A DNA stretch of 64,000 bases, from assembly GCA_963700285.1 (NCBI GenBank), contig CAVOXA010000001.1, positions 608,001 through 672,000 of the forward strand, written 5' to 3'. Below are positions 29,637 through 38,824 of this stretch, in pieces. The translations under genes and the position numbers were made by a program. How positions within the stretch are numbered: the stretch's first letter is position 1; the number at the start of each line of letters is the position of its first letter. This stretch comes from an uncultured Chloroflexia bacterium (GTDB lineage Bacteria > Chloroflexota > Anaerolineae > JAAYZQ01). The notes beneath the pieces were generated by a model. That model worked only from the letters and a program-made list of their open reading frames with translations, was not told the DNA's origin and ran no database searches.

Positions 29637-30308
29637 TCATGCCCGCTTGCCGCCTTTTAGTCTGCCTTGAAGTGCTTGAAGCCCGTCCCAGTCGCCGGAA
29701 GCGGCCAGGCTGGCTTGTTCGGGCCAGGTGTCGGGATGGGCTATCCGGAGCAACCGGGGATCGCTCTCTTCCAGAATCTGCCGCAGTTGGGCTGGATCGC
29801 TATCAGCCAATTGGACGTAGGTCAAGATCCCGCCTGCCTGAAGCACGTTTGCGATCTTGGGGCCGATCCCCTCAATGCGTTTCAGGTCATCTGGTTTGGC
29901 CGGGGCGGCAGGTTCCTCAGCCGCTGCCTCCATCTCTTCAGCCTCTGCTGCCATCTCTGCCGCAGGTTCTTCCACATTCACCTCATCCGCACGCGTTCCG
30001 AGTTCCGCGGCCGATGCTGCCACGGCGACTTTTTCCACAGGTGTTCCTTTCTTGATCTCAAGCGTTTCTTCCTCACTTATAGGTATAGGTGCCTCCACCT
30101 TGGCCTCTACGAGCGGCTGCTCAGGCTCAACCTCTAGACGTGGTGGCTCCGGCTCGATGGTGGGTGGTTGGGCCTTGATCTCGATGGCCTGCACGGTCGT
30201 CTCCTCCTCGCGCTGCCCCCATAGTTGCCATAACCACCATACCAGCAGTCCCAATCCCGCGACCGCCAGACTCAAAGCTACAAGTGCCATAAAAATTGGT
30301 CCTACCAT
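29637..30308 (-). CDS. Membrane-anchored helix-hairpin-helix (DUF4332-like) protein
   Basis: N-terminal TM, acidic linker, DDLKRIEGIGPK. Confidence 0.8.
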   Translation of the reverse strand: MVGPIFMALVALSLAVAGLGLLVWWLWQLWGQREEETTVQAIEIKAQPPTIEPEPPRLEVEPEQPLVEAKVEAPIPISEEETLEIKKGTPVEKVAVAASAAELGTRADEVNVEEPAAEMAAEAEEMEAAAEEPAAPAKPDDLKRIEGIGPKIANVLQAGGILTYVQLADSDPAQLRQILEESDPRLLRIAHPDTWPEQASLAASGDWDGLQALQGRLKGGKRA

Positions 30309-30444
30309 GGTTGTCTCCTCCTTTTCGTTGTGATTGTTTTTGGTTTGATCTAGCCTCACCTTGTTACTCCCTTCTTAATGTGCTAGAAGGCGCCCAGCCC
30401 CGGTCCGTAGCATCGCAGGATAGAGCACTGTGCCGATTAGCTGT

Positions 30445-32694
30445 TTACTTTGGTGCTACGCCTGGCAGGCGTTCCTCAATCTCCTCAAAATCAACTTGAC
30501 GGCCGATGAGCACCTCGCGCCCGCGCCCGGCTCCCTCATCCGGGCCGACGACGTCCTGTTCTTCCATTTGGTCCATCAGTCGGGCGGCACGTGGAAAACC
30601 AATCCGCAGTTGCCTCTGGATGAAGGAGGTCGACACCCGGTCCCTCCCCTCGATCAGAGCGATGGCTTCCGCCAGCTTGCCATCAAGCTGAGCGTCTGCC
30701 TCAGCTCCTGTCCAGGGTGAGAATAGTGGCGCCTGTTCCTCAACGGGTTCCTGGCCTCTCCAAAAGTCGGTCAGGCGCTGGATCTCGATATCCGAGACGA
30801 AACAGCCCTGAAGCCGGACGGGTGCTGCTTGCGAGGGTGACATAAACAGCATGTCGCCCCGGCCCAAGAGGTTCTCTGCGCCCCCCTGGTCGAGGATCAC
30901 GCGAGAGTCAATCTGACTGGTGACGGCAAAACTGATACGGGCCGGAAAGTTGGCCTTGATTAGGCCGGTCACGACATCCACACTGGGCCGCTGCGTGGCA
31001 ACCACCAGATGAATGCCCGTTGCCCGTCCCATCTGAGCTACGCGACAGAGGTGGCGTTCCACCTCGTCGGGGGCGGACATCATGAGGTCAGCTAGCTCGT
31101 CAATAAAGACGACCAAGTAAGGCAGCGGCTCTTCGTTCTTGCGGCGACTCATTCGCCGGTTGTACTCCTCCAGGTTCCGAACGCCAACCTTGTTGAATAT
31201 CTTGTAGCGACCGTCCATCTGGCGGGTGACCCAGGATAGCGCGCCTACTACTTGTTCAATGTCAATCACCACTGGAGCTAGCAGGTGAGGAATGCCGTTG
31301 TAGCCTGTCAGCTCGACCATTTTTGGGTCAACCATCAACATCTTGAGATCGCTTGGCGTGTTTCTGCACAGCAGGCAGCTGATGATGGTGTTTACGCAGA
31401 CGCTCTTACCCGACCCCGTGGCGCCAGCGATGAGCAGGTGGGGCATGAGGCCCAGATCCACCCCAACTGGGCTGCCAGAGACATCCTCGCCGAGAGCGAT
31501 GGCCAGTCCAGAATCGATGCGCTTGAACCCGGGCGACTCCATGATGGCGCGTAGGGATACCAACGAGACTACCTCGTTGGGCACCTCCAGGCCAACCACG
31601 GGCCGTCCCGGTACCGGTGCTTCGATGCGGATGGGTGATGCGGCCAGGGCCAAGGCCAGGTCGTTGGACAGGGCGGCGATTTTGCTTACCCGTACCCGAG
31701 TACGCTGTACTTCTCCGCCAGCAACCCGTCGTTCTGTGTAACCCGGGTCCAAGCCGTATTGGGTGATGGCGGGGCCCTGGTTCACTTCGACGACCCGGAC
31801 GGGAACCCCAAAGCTCTCCAGCGTGTCCTCAATGATCCGCGACTTGCGACGTGCGTCGGTGTCTCCATAGGCCCTGGGTGAGGCCGGATCTAGAAGTTCC
31901 AGTGAGGGAAGGTTTCCCGGCTGAGAGCGAGGCCCTGCCTGCTTTCTCCTGCCGGTTCTCTTGGACGTGCGCCTTCGTGTCTTGGCTTGTGCCCCGACCT
32001 CGGATGGATCCGGCTCCTGTTCCCACCAAGGTACCTCCTCTGGCTCAGGCGCCACGGCGGCGCCCTGCCGCGCGATCCGCCAGCGGCTGAAAGAGGCCGA
32101 GGTCAGCCGGTACTGGCGCTGGATCCAATACCACAGATCGTCCCAGGACACGGGCAGTACCAAAAAGAGGGCGAAGAGCAACCCCGTCCACAGGACAAGC
32201 GCGCCAATCAGTATGCCCAGCCCCTCTAGCAGAAGCACTGCCAGCGCCCAGCCCACGTGACCCCCGGCCCGGCCGTGTTGTGCCGCCTCCAGAGATGCCT
32301 CGACACCCGAGCGAAGGACCAGCGGCATGTGGCTGGCTGCCAGGGTGACCAGGAACAGCAGTTCTAGGCCGATGGCGGCTCCTATGTCAAAAGGCACATG
32401 GTCGCGCATGTCCTGCCATAGCAGGTAGATTCCCGCCAACGCAAGTCCTAGGGCCACCAGATAGGCACCCCAGCCAAAGAGCCGCTGCAAAGTTGTCGCC
32501 CACCAGCCCAGGATGGCACCTGACGAAACTCCAGCTAAACTGAGCAGGGTCAGAACAGCCACGATAAGCAGCACCAGGCCAATGGCCTCGCGCTGTATCG
32601 GTCCCAACTGGAGTTGCTCACCTGGCCATGCCGCCTGTAGCCGCTGCCCAATGGATGGTTTCTTTCTGGCGTTCCTTTTGCTTTTGCTGCTCAC
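30445..32694 (-). CDS. ftsK: DNA translocase FtsK/SpoIIIE
   Basis: N-terminal TMs, PHLLIAGATGSGKS, IDELAD, ATQRP, gamma-domain RAARL. Confidence 0.96.
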   Translation of the reverse strand: MSSKSKRNARKKPSIGQRLQAAWPGEQLQLGPIQREAIGLVLLIVAVLTLLSLAGVSSGAILGWWATTLQRLFGWGAYLVALGLALAGIYLLWQDMRDHVPFDIGAAIGLELLFLVTLAASHMPLVLRSGVEASLEAAQHGRAGGHVGWALAVLLLEGLGILIGALVLWTGLLFALFLVLPVSWDDLWYWIQRQYRLTSASFSRWRIARQGAAVAPEPEEVPWWEQEPDPSEVGAQAKTRRRTSKRTGRRKQAGPRSQPGNLPSLELLDPASPRAYGDTDARRKSRIIEDTLESFGVPVRVVEVNQGPAITQYGLDPGYTERRVAGGEVQRTRVRVSKIAALSNDLALALAASPIRIEAPVPGRPVVGLEVPNEVVSLVSLRAIMESPGFKRIDSGLAIALGEDVSGSPVGVDLGLMPHLLIAGATGSGKSVCVNTIISCLLCRNTPSDLKMLMVDPKMVELTGYNGIPHLLAPVVIDIEQVVGALSWVTRQMDGRYKIFNKVGVRNLEEYNRRMSRRKNEEPLPYLVVFIDELADLMMSAPDEVERHLCRVAQMGRATGIHLVVATQRPSVDVVTGLIKANFPARISFAVTSQIDSRVILDQGGAENLLGRGDMLFMSPSQAAPVRLQGCFVSDIEIQRLTDFWRGQEPVEEQAPLFSPWTGAEADAQLDGKLAEAIALIEGRDRVSTSFIQRQLRIGFPRAARLMDQMEEQDVVGPDEGAGRGREVLIGRQVDFEEIEERLPGVAPK

Positions 32695-32704
32695 GGTTTG
32701 ATTC

Positions 32705-33805
32705 TCAAGTTGACATTCCCGGTTCGCTGCTGTGCACCTGGCGGAGGCTCAAACCTATTCGATGCTTGGCTGTATCGACATTCAGTACCCGTACCTGGAT
32801 CACATCCCCTTCGCGGACGACGTTTCTGGGATGCATAAAACTCCCTTCCGCCAATTCTGAGATGTGGACGAGTCCTTCAAGTCCCTCTTCAAGGCGGACA
32901 AATGCACCAAAGCTCACCACGTTGGTGACGATTCCCTCGACCAGTTGGCCTGCCCAGTACCGAGTTTCTACCTGAGTCCAGGGATCTGGGCGCAACCGTT
33001 TCACGCTCAGGGCAACTCGGCCTTGATCGGGATGCACGCCCATCACCTGAACCTCAATGTCTTGGCTGGCATGCAGCACATCGCCTGGATGGCGGACCCG
33101 TTCCCACGAAATCTCAGAGATATGCACCAGGCCCTCGACACCCCCAAGGTCCACAAAAGCGCCAAATGTAGTCAGGTTGGTTACAATACCCTGGCATACA
33201 TCCCCTGGCTGTAGTCTGTGCAGGATGCCCGAGGGCGAGCCTGTCTGCTGGGTAGCTGCCCGCTCAGAGAAAATCAGTTGATTCTGAATCGGATCCACTT
33301 CAATGAGACACGCTGTCAGTGACTGGCCGATGCGTCCAGTAAGCTCTGATACCCGGTCGTGGTGCCCGTGCGGTCGTGTCACCTCCTTCAGATGAGAAGC
33401 AGGTACAAATCCCTTCAGGCCGTTCCACTCTACCAGAAGGCCACCTCGATTGGCACCGCAGATGCTCAGGTTGAACACGTCACCTCGTTCCAGGGCCAGG
33501 TGTGCGGCCTGCCACTGGTCCTCCTGGTTTTCGTCCAGTATGGACCCTGTACTATCGCTTCCCATCCCTGACATGATACCCAGGGAGCCAAAGATCTCCT
33601 GGGACTCTGCTGGGGGTACAGCCCATGCCGCGATCTCGCCTTGCTCCAATAGTACGCGCCAATAGTCCTCGTCAAGTACTGTCCACCAACTGTGGTCGTC
33701 TGCTGGTGCCTGCCGCAGTTCCAAACTCTCCTCCAAGCCTCTCTGCTTTCGGTTTTCTCTGTGACCCGCTCCTACTGGCTCTTTGTACCCAGTCTCAGAC
33801 ACCAC
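32705..33805 (-). CDS. S1 RNA-binding domain protein (3 S1 domains, RpsA paralog-like)
   Basis: GFVPAS and two FGAFV..GLVHISE repeats. Confidence 0.9.
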   Translation of the reverse strand: MVSETGYKEPVGAGHRENRKQRGLEESLELRQAPADDHSWWTVLDEDYWRVLLEQGEIAAWAVPPAESQEIFGSLGIMSGMGSDSTGSILDENQEDQWQAAHLALERGDVFNLSICGANRGGLLVEWNGLKGFVPASHLKEVTRPHGHHDRVSELTGRIGQSLTACLIEVDPIQNQLIFSERAATQQTGSPSGILHRLQPGDVCQGIVTNLTTFGAFVDLGGVEGLVHISEISWERVRHPGDVLHASQDIEVQVMGVHPDQGRVALSVKRLRPDPWTQVETRYWAGQLVEGIVTNVVSFGAFVRLEEGLEGLVHISELAEGSFMHPRNVVREGDVIQVRVLNVDTAKHRIGLSLRQVHSSEPGMST

Positions 33806-33835
33806 ACAAAGGAATGTGATATGATTATAGGATAC

Positions 33836-35806
33836 TCAAACTGGATTGTCAAGGTGGTTTTCCTGTACCACGACGTCAGGCCTGCCATCGCCATTCGGCG
33901 GAGGCGAGTTTCCATTCTGCTCCAGATCGGTCAGGACTCTGGCGACTTCGGTGATCGCGACACGCTGTTTCCGATACAGGTCTGACTCGCTCATGGCCAG
34001 GCGGTTGGCGACGTCCCTCACTCTCAGTCCCCGGATAAACTTGAACTCCAGGATGTTGTATAATATCCAGTCCGTGGTCGTCATCTGGCGCTCTCCCTCG
34101 GGCCGCAAGAGTTCAATGGCCTCGTGCAGAACGCTGCGAAGGGCATGTGTCGGAGGCCCACCCTGATCCTGGAGGGTGGAGCGCACGATACGAAGACCCA
34201 GCAAAGGACTCTCTGTTAGCTTTGGGCCGCCCCAATAGTGGCTCAAGGCATCCTTGACCCACTGCTGAAACTCGGGTGCATAGACGGGGCTGTCGGAAAT
34301 GATTTGCATGGGCGGCGCCCCGGCGTAGCGGGTGGCACCCCGCCATCGATGCAAACGTTCGATGTCAGGCACGATGTGACGCAGTGTATCGAACACGCTT
34401 TCCTGAAGGTAGCGATCCTCCAGAGCTTCCTGCGCTCGCCTGATGAGATGTGAAGCAACCTCCTGTTCCGAATCGGTGAGGTCAGGCTCTGGCCCCGGGG
34501 CCTCTACGCCCATCACTCCGAGGAGCATGTCGCTGCTCTGGCTGTGGAGCGGTACCAGCCAGAACTCGTTGCCAAGTGCAAAGTGGTTGCCCTCTTCCCG
34601 GTTACCGATGGACATGGCCACACTGGTCAGATCCCGACTCTCTAAGAAGCTGTCGACTCGATTTCTTTCCCCACAATGTGCTTCCAACCGGTGTTGCCCG
34701 CCAGCTAACACGGCGACAAAGCCGGTCCGGACCTGCAATAGATCGCAGAGGGCGGCCAACGTGTTCTCCAGAAAGGACTGTAGATCCCCAGTCGTGAGCA
34801 GCCGCCGGTCCAAAGTCTGTATCCAGGCAATCTCTTCTCGATCTTGGCGATAAATAATGCGATCGATGAATGGTTTGAACAAGTTGATGGCCAGCTGCAA
34901 AAGAACGACCACGCCAACTACTGCAAAGATGAGAACGGTGTCCCGTGGCAACCCAAGGATCTGCTGGACTTTGGGCACGGCCAACATGGTAAAGATCACC
35001 ACAGCGCCAACAAATGGACCGCGCAGCAGATAGTGGATGAGGCTGTGTTTGATCACTCGATCAGGCGTGAGGGCGCCAAAGTAGGCGACGCTGTATGCCA
35101 TGAGCACGATCATCAACAGCACGCCGATGTTACCGACCAGAAGCAGCGTCAAGAAGGCGCTAGGCGGCAGTGAAGCAGGCATGCTGGTGAGCAAAAGATA
35201 AGGAAAGACCCCCAAGGCGGGAGCTACAAAGGCAAGGCCCAGATAAGTCATACGCCGTCGCGATGCCCGGGTCAGGCAGCGGCGCCGGGCACGAAGGATA
35301 TTGGCCGCACCCCAAGCCACGGTTACAAAGAAATAGAGGGCAAAGACCCAGAACAGCGGTCCGGCAGTAAGATGGGAGGCGCGAGGCAAGTAGATGCCGT
35401 CGGCAACCAATAGATCGGTAAAGAAGACCAGCCCCAGGAAGCCAATACCCGCAGCATAGCTGAGCCCCGCGGCGATCCTTTGCCAGCGCGTCCGAACGTG
35501 AGTGGTACGCAGTAGGGCCACAGAGAAGTCGAGATAGGCAGCTGGCACGAGGGCGATGCCTATCCATTGAAACCTGAGCCAGCGGACAGCGTCCTCCTGA
35601 GCATCGACTCCATAAAGCGCCACATCACCGATGTATACAATCAGGACAAAGGCAAGGAGGGCACAGAAGGCCCGGGCCACGGGGCTTCGGAAGTTGTGGG
35701 TTAGAAGATAGATCAGTAGCGAAAAAGACGTGAGAACGATCGTGGCCGAGAGAACCTGGTTGGCCAGGGTCAGACTCCCGGTCATCAACGCTGTGATGAC
35801 TGACAT
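33836..35806 (-). CDS. HisKA_7TM-type membrane sensor without a kinase domain; C-terminal HTH-like region
   Basis: About 9 TMs, GAF-like middle, tail VRDVANRLAMSESDLYRKQR; no H-box or HATPase motifs. Confidence 0.75.
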   Translation of the reverse strand: MSVITALMTGSLTLANQVLSATIVLTSFSLLIYLLTHNFRSPVARAFCALLAFVLIVYIGDVALYGVDAQEDAVRWLRFQWIGIALVPAAYLDFSVALLRTTHVRTRWQRIAAGLSYAAGIGFLGLVFFTDLLVADGIYLPRASHLTAGPLFWVFALYFFVTVAWGAANILRARRRCLTRASRRRMTYLGLAFVAPALGVFPYLLLTSMPASLPPSAFLTLLLVGNIGVLLMIVLMAYSVAYFGALTPDRVIKHSLIHYLLRGPFVGAVVIFTMLAVPKVQQILGLPRDTVLIFAVVGVVVLLQLAINLFKPFIDRIIYRQDREEIAWIQTLDRRLLTTGDLQSFLENTLAALCDLLQVRTGFVAVLAGGQHRLEAHCGERNRVDSFLESRDLTSVAMSIGNREEGNHFALGNEFWLVPLHSQSSDMLLGVMGVEAPGPEPDLTDSEQEVASHLIRRAQEALEDRYLQESVFDTLRHIVPDIERLHRWRGATRYAGAPPMQIISDSPVYAPEFQQWVKDALSHYWGGPKLTESPLLGLRIVRSTLQDQGGPPTHALRSVLHEAIELLRPEGERQMTTTDWILYNILEFKFIRGLRVRDVANRLAMSESDLYRKQRVAITEVARVLTDLEQNGNSPPPNGDGRPDVVVQENHLDNPV

Positions 35807-35952
35807 AGAGAATCAACCCCACAGAGCCCGAAATATACAGCAGACCACGCTACTGCCTCTCATCACGTCACCCAATAAAGCCCCGTCCGTTCCCAAAAGC
35901 CCGTCGCGGTGTGCATGCTGTCGCCCTGCCGCCAAGGCCACCGCGAGTACCG

Positions 35953-36483
35953 TTAGCGAATCGGCTGCACGAAGAACAGGGCGATGTCCTGGTTCGGATA
36001 GTAGTGATCATTGAAGCCGCAGAAACGGAAACCCAGTTTCTGGTATAGACTCAGGGCTGGAAAGTTCTTGGTCGTCGCCTCGAGCAACACGGTCTTCAGA
36101 CCTTGTTCCCTGGCCCACTGGCGGGCTTGACCCACTAGCGCCGCACCGATCTTCCGACGCCGATACCCCCTGTCCACAGCCAGATTGACCACCTTGCCCG
36201 ATCCAAGCCACGGCTGGGCGATTACATCGACATAACCCCTTACCTCACCATCTACCTCGGCGACAAAGAACCCCTCTCCGCGCTGCCAATCTTCCACCAG
36301 TTGCTCGACGTCACGAGGGTACTGGATCTGCATCCGGCGGGGTAGGCGCACGATATCGAAAGCCACACTCACCCTGAGCTGTGACCTTTGGTCCTGCATC
36401 TGCCAAACGTGGTCAGTCTCGCAGCTGGGATCCAGCGAAAGGCAAGCATTCAGATCGGCCAAGGTAGCTGGGCGGATGTCCAT
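35953..36483 (-). CDS. GNAT N-acetyltransferase
   Basis: LAVDRGYRRRKIG and N.PAL.LYQKLGF motifs. Confidence 0.92.
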   Translation of the reverse strand: MDIRPATLADLNACLSLDPSCETDHVWQMQDQRSQLRVSVAFDIVRLPRRMQIQYPRDVEQLVEDWQRGEGFFVAEVDGEVRGYVDVIAQPWLGSGKVVNLAVDRGYRRRKIGAALVGQARQWAREQGLKTVLLEATTKNFPALSLYQKLGFRFCGFNDHYYPNQDIALFFVQPIR

Positions 36484-36901
36484 CGATTCTGAGACCCCGT
36501 GCTTTGTCCGAACCCAGGTTCACATGTTGCTTTCCCATGTTGGACAAGGTTCCAAATCTAACCTGATTGTACCATTCTCAGCCGGAAAAGGCAAGCGCCT
36601 GGAAGCAGGAAGAGCAAGCAGCCCGTAGAACGTACCCCCTTGCAGCCCTATGAATGACCTACCCGACCGGAACTGCTTTGCACTCAGGTATAGGCTGGGG
36701 GACGGGGGCTGGTTGTACTCCGAGGGTGTGCATTCGGGGTCTGGTTCAGTAAGAGGTTCTTGTGGCTACCGCCTGCACCCCTATTCCAGTGCCCAGAACA
36801 CAAGTCCGGAGACCTTGATTTGGCAAAATCCTCCGCCTCTGGTATAATCGATCTATCCAATTAGGAATGATGGGTATGGGGAAGGCGATGGTTTCTAGCT
36901 G

Positions 36902-38173
36902 ATGGCAACAAAGACAACGATTCAAGCTGTAAAGGGAACCCGAGATTTTTACCCGGAGGCGATGGCCTTTCGAAACTGGCTCCACGACAAAGTGCGGGCT
37001 ACCTCCAAACGCTTCGGCTACCAGGAATGGGAGGCTCCAATCCTGGAGCGCCTAGATCTCTATGCGGCCAAGAGCGGTGAGGAACTGGTCAAGGAACAGT
37101 CCTTTGTCCTAACCGACCGGGGCGGTGATCAGCTAGCCTTACGCCCCGAACTGACCCCTTCCCTGGCGCGGTTGGTAGCCCAGCGGCAGGCAAGCCTGAT
37201 ACTGCCGGCGCGGTGGTTCTCTTTCGGCCCTTTCTGGCGCTATGAACGGCCCCAACGAGGCCGAACCCGTGAGTTCTTCCAGTGGAATATCGACATCTTG
37301 GGCGCCGAAACCCCTGCCGCCGACGGCGAAATCGTGGCCATCGGCGCCGAGTTCCTGCGCAGCCTGGGCTTGAGCGCCAGCGAAGTGGGCATCCACGTCA
37401 ACAGCCGGCGGCTGATGGAGCAGCAACTGGCTCGAATCGGCGTGGTGGACGAGCAGCGTGTAGACGTCTTTCGCTTGATCGACCGTCGTGATCGCCTCTC
37501 CCCAGATAAGTGGACCGAGTGGGCTCTGGACGCTGGTCTGTCAGAGAGCCAGTTGGCGGCTCTTAGCGACCTGTTGGCCAACGCTGACCTGTGGCAGGAA
37601 TCGGACGAGCTGCGCCAGGTCTTTGCCACAGCGGAGGCCTTTGGTGTGGCTGAGTACCTCACCTACGATGCGAGCATCGTGCGCGGGCTGGACTACTATA
37701 CTGGCCCGGTCTTTGAGGCCTACGATCGGGAGCGCAGGTTCCGCGCCATCTTTGGTGGCGGCCGTTACGACAACTTGGTGGCTGACGTCGGGGGCGACCG
37801 CATCACAGGCGTCGGTTTTGCCATGGGCGACGTAATCATCGAGTTGCTTTTGGAGCGAGTGGGCAAGTGTCCAGATCTTCCCGCTTCGCCCAGCCAGGTG
37901 CTGGTCACCCTCTTTGATGCCGATCTGTACTCCCAGACGCTGGCCTTCGCCGGACGGCTGCGCCGAGCGGGGGTCAATGCCGAACAGGTCCTGGAGCCCG
38001 CCCGCCTGGGCAAGCAGATCCGCCTTGCTGACCGCAAGGGCATTCCCTGTGTCGCCATCCTGGGGCCTGACGAACTGGAAGCCGGCCAAGTGGTGCTCAA
38101 GAACCTCTTGACAGGTGAGCAGCAGTCATGCTCGGAAGGGGAAGCTATCGAGCTGCTTCGATCGGGCCGCTAG
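36902..38173 (+). CDS. hisS: Histidine--tRNA ligase
   Basis: KGTRD, LRPELT, RYERPQRGR.REF, RGLDYYTG and GGRYD motifs. Confidence 0.98.
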   Translation: MATKTTIQAVKGTRDFYPEAMAFRNWLHDKVRATSKRFGYQEWEAPILERLDLYAAKSGEELVKEQSFVLTDRGGDQLALRPELTPSLARLVAQRQASLILPARWFSFGPFWRYERPQRGRTREFFQWNIDILGAETPAADGEIVAIGAEFLRSLGLSASEVGIHVNSRRLMEQQLARIGVVDEQRVDVFRLIDRRDRLSPDKWTEWALDAGLSESQLAALSDLLANADLWQESDELRQVFATAEAFGVAEYLTYDASIVRGLDYYTGPVFEAYDRERRFRAIFGGGRYDNLVADVGGDRITGVGFAMGDVIIELLLERVGKCPDLPASPSQVLVTLFDADLYSQTLAFAGRLRRAGVNAEQVLEPARLGKQIRLADRKGIPCVAILGPDELEAGQVVLKNLLTGEQQSCSEGEAIELLRSGR

Positions 38174-38287
38174 CATCAAGCCCCGGTCTGTTTCAACGGC
38201 TCGGACGCCAAATAAGGTTGCCCTGAGCCCTGAACAACCTTCAATGTTGAGCTTGACAAACATCCGAAAATAGGGTATGATAGACCT

Positions 38288-38573
38288 ACCTGATGTACCG
38301 CTAGGATTCTAAGGGACATCACTTTGATGTTGCTTTTGCCTTGTTCATAGGGCTTGCTCCTGGTCTCCAAGTGGGGAATCTGGTACGTAGTGGGTTGCGC
38401 TGATTCTAGGCCGCTCACGAACAGTTGTGCTTGCGGGGCAGAGATGCTCCGCCCAACGTAGGTCTGTTCGGACAGGAGGGCGTGGTCGAAAGGGTTGGGG
38501 GGGCCCTTCGGCTAGTAGTAGTGTCAACCTGAACCGACAGATAGGGGTGACGCCGCCCGGTGTCACCCCTTTT
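38288..38573 (+). ncRNA. Candidate structured non-coding RNA, family unassigned
   Basis: Promoter TTGACA-17-TATGAT (38253-38281), serial hairpins, terminator AGGGGTGAC..GTCACCCCTTTT, no credible ORF. Confidence 0.55.
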
Positions 38574-38576
38574 ACG

Positions 38577-38605
38577 TTGTATTTTGCCCGTGTTTCTGGT
38601 ATAAT
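38577..38605 (+). promoter_or_regulatory. Promoter for the HerA-like ATPase
   Basis: TTGTAT-17-TATAAT with TGn extension. Confidence 0.6.
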
Positions 38606-38824
38606 CTGCAAGCTGCAGGTTGCTGGCAGTAGCTTGCAGCCCGCAGCCTGCCATTCAGAGTTCATGCCCGATCCTTGAACGTGTGGTTACTGCCCGGAAA
38701 TGGGTAGTCATGATCTATGTTGAGCACGGGCTCCGCTGGACTTGCTACCGAACCCAATCATGAACGCGCGTGCTGTGGCGGATTATCCCGGATAAACAAA
38801 GCAGGAGAGGAGACGAACCCGAAC

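Noticed and set aside
38390-38545. Resemblance to c-di-AMP, c-di-GMP-II or raiA motifs
   Set aside because: Only short scattered word matches; the conserved cores and their order are absent
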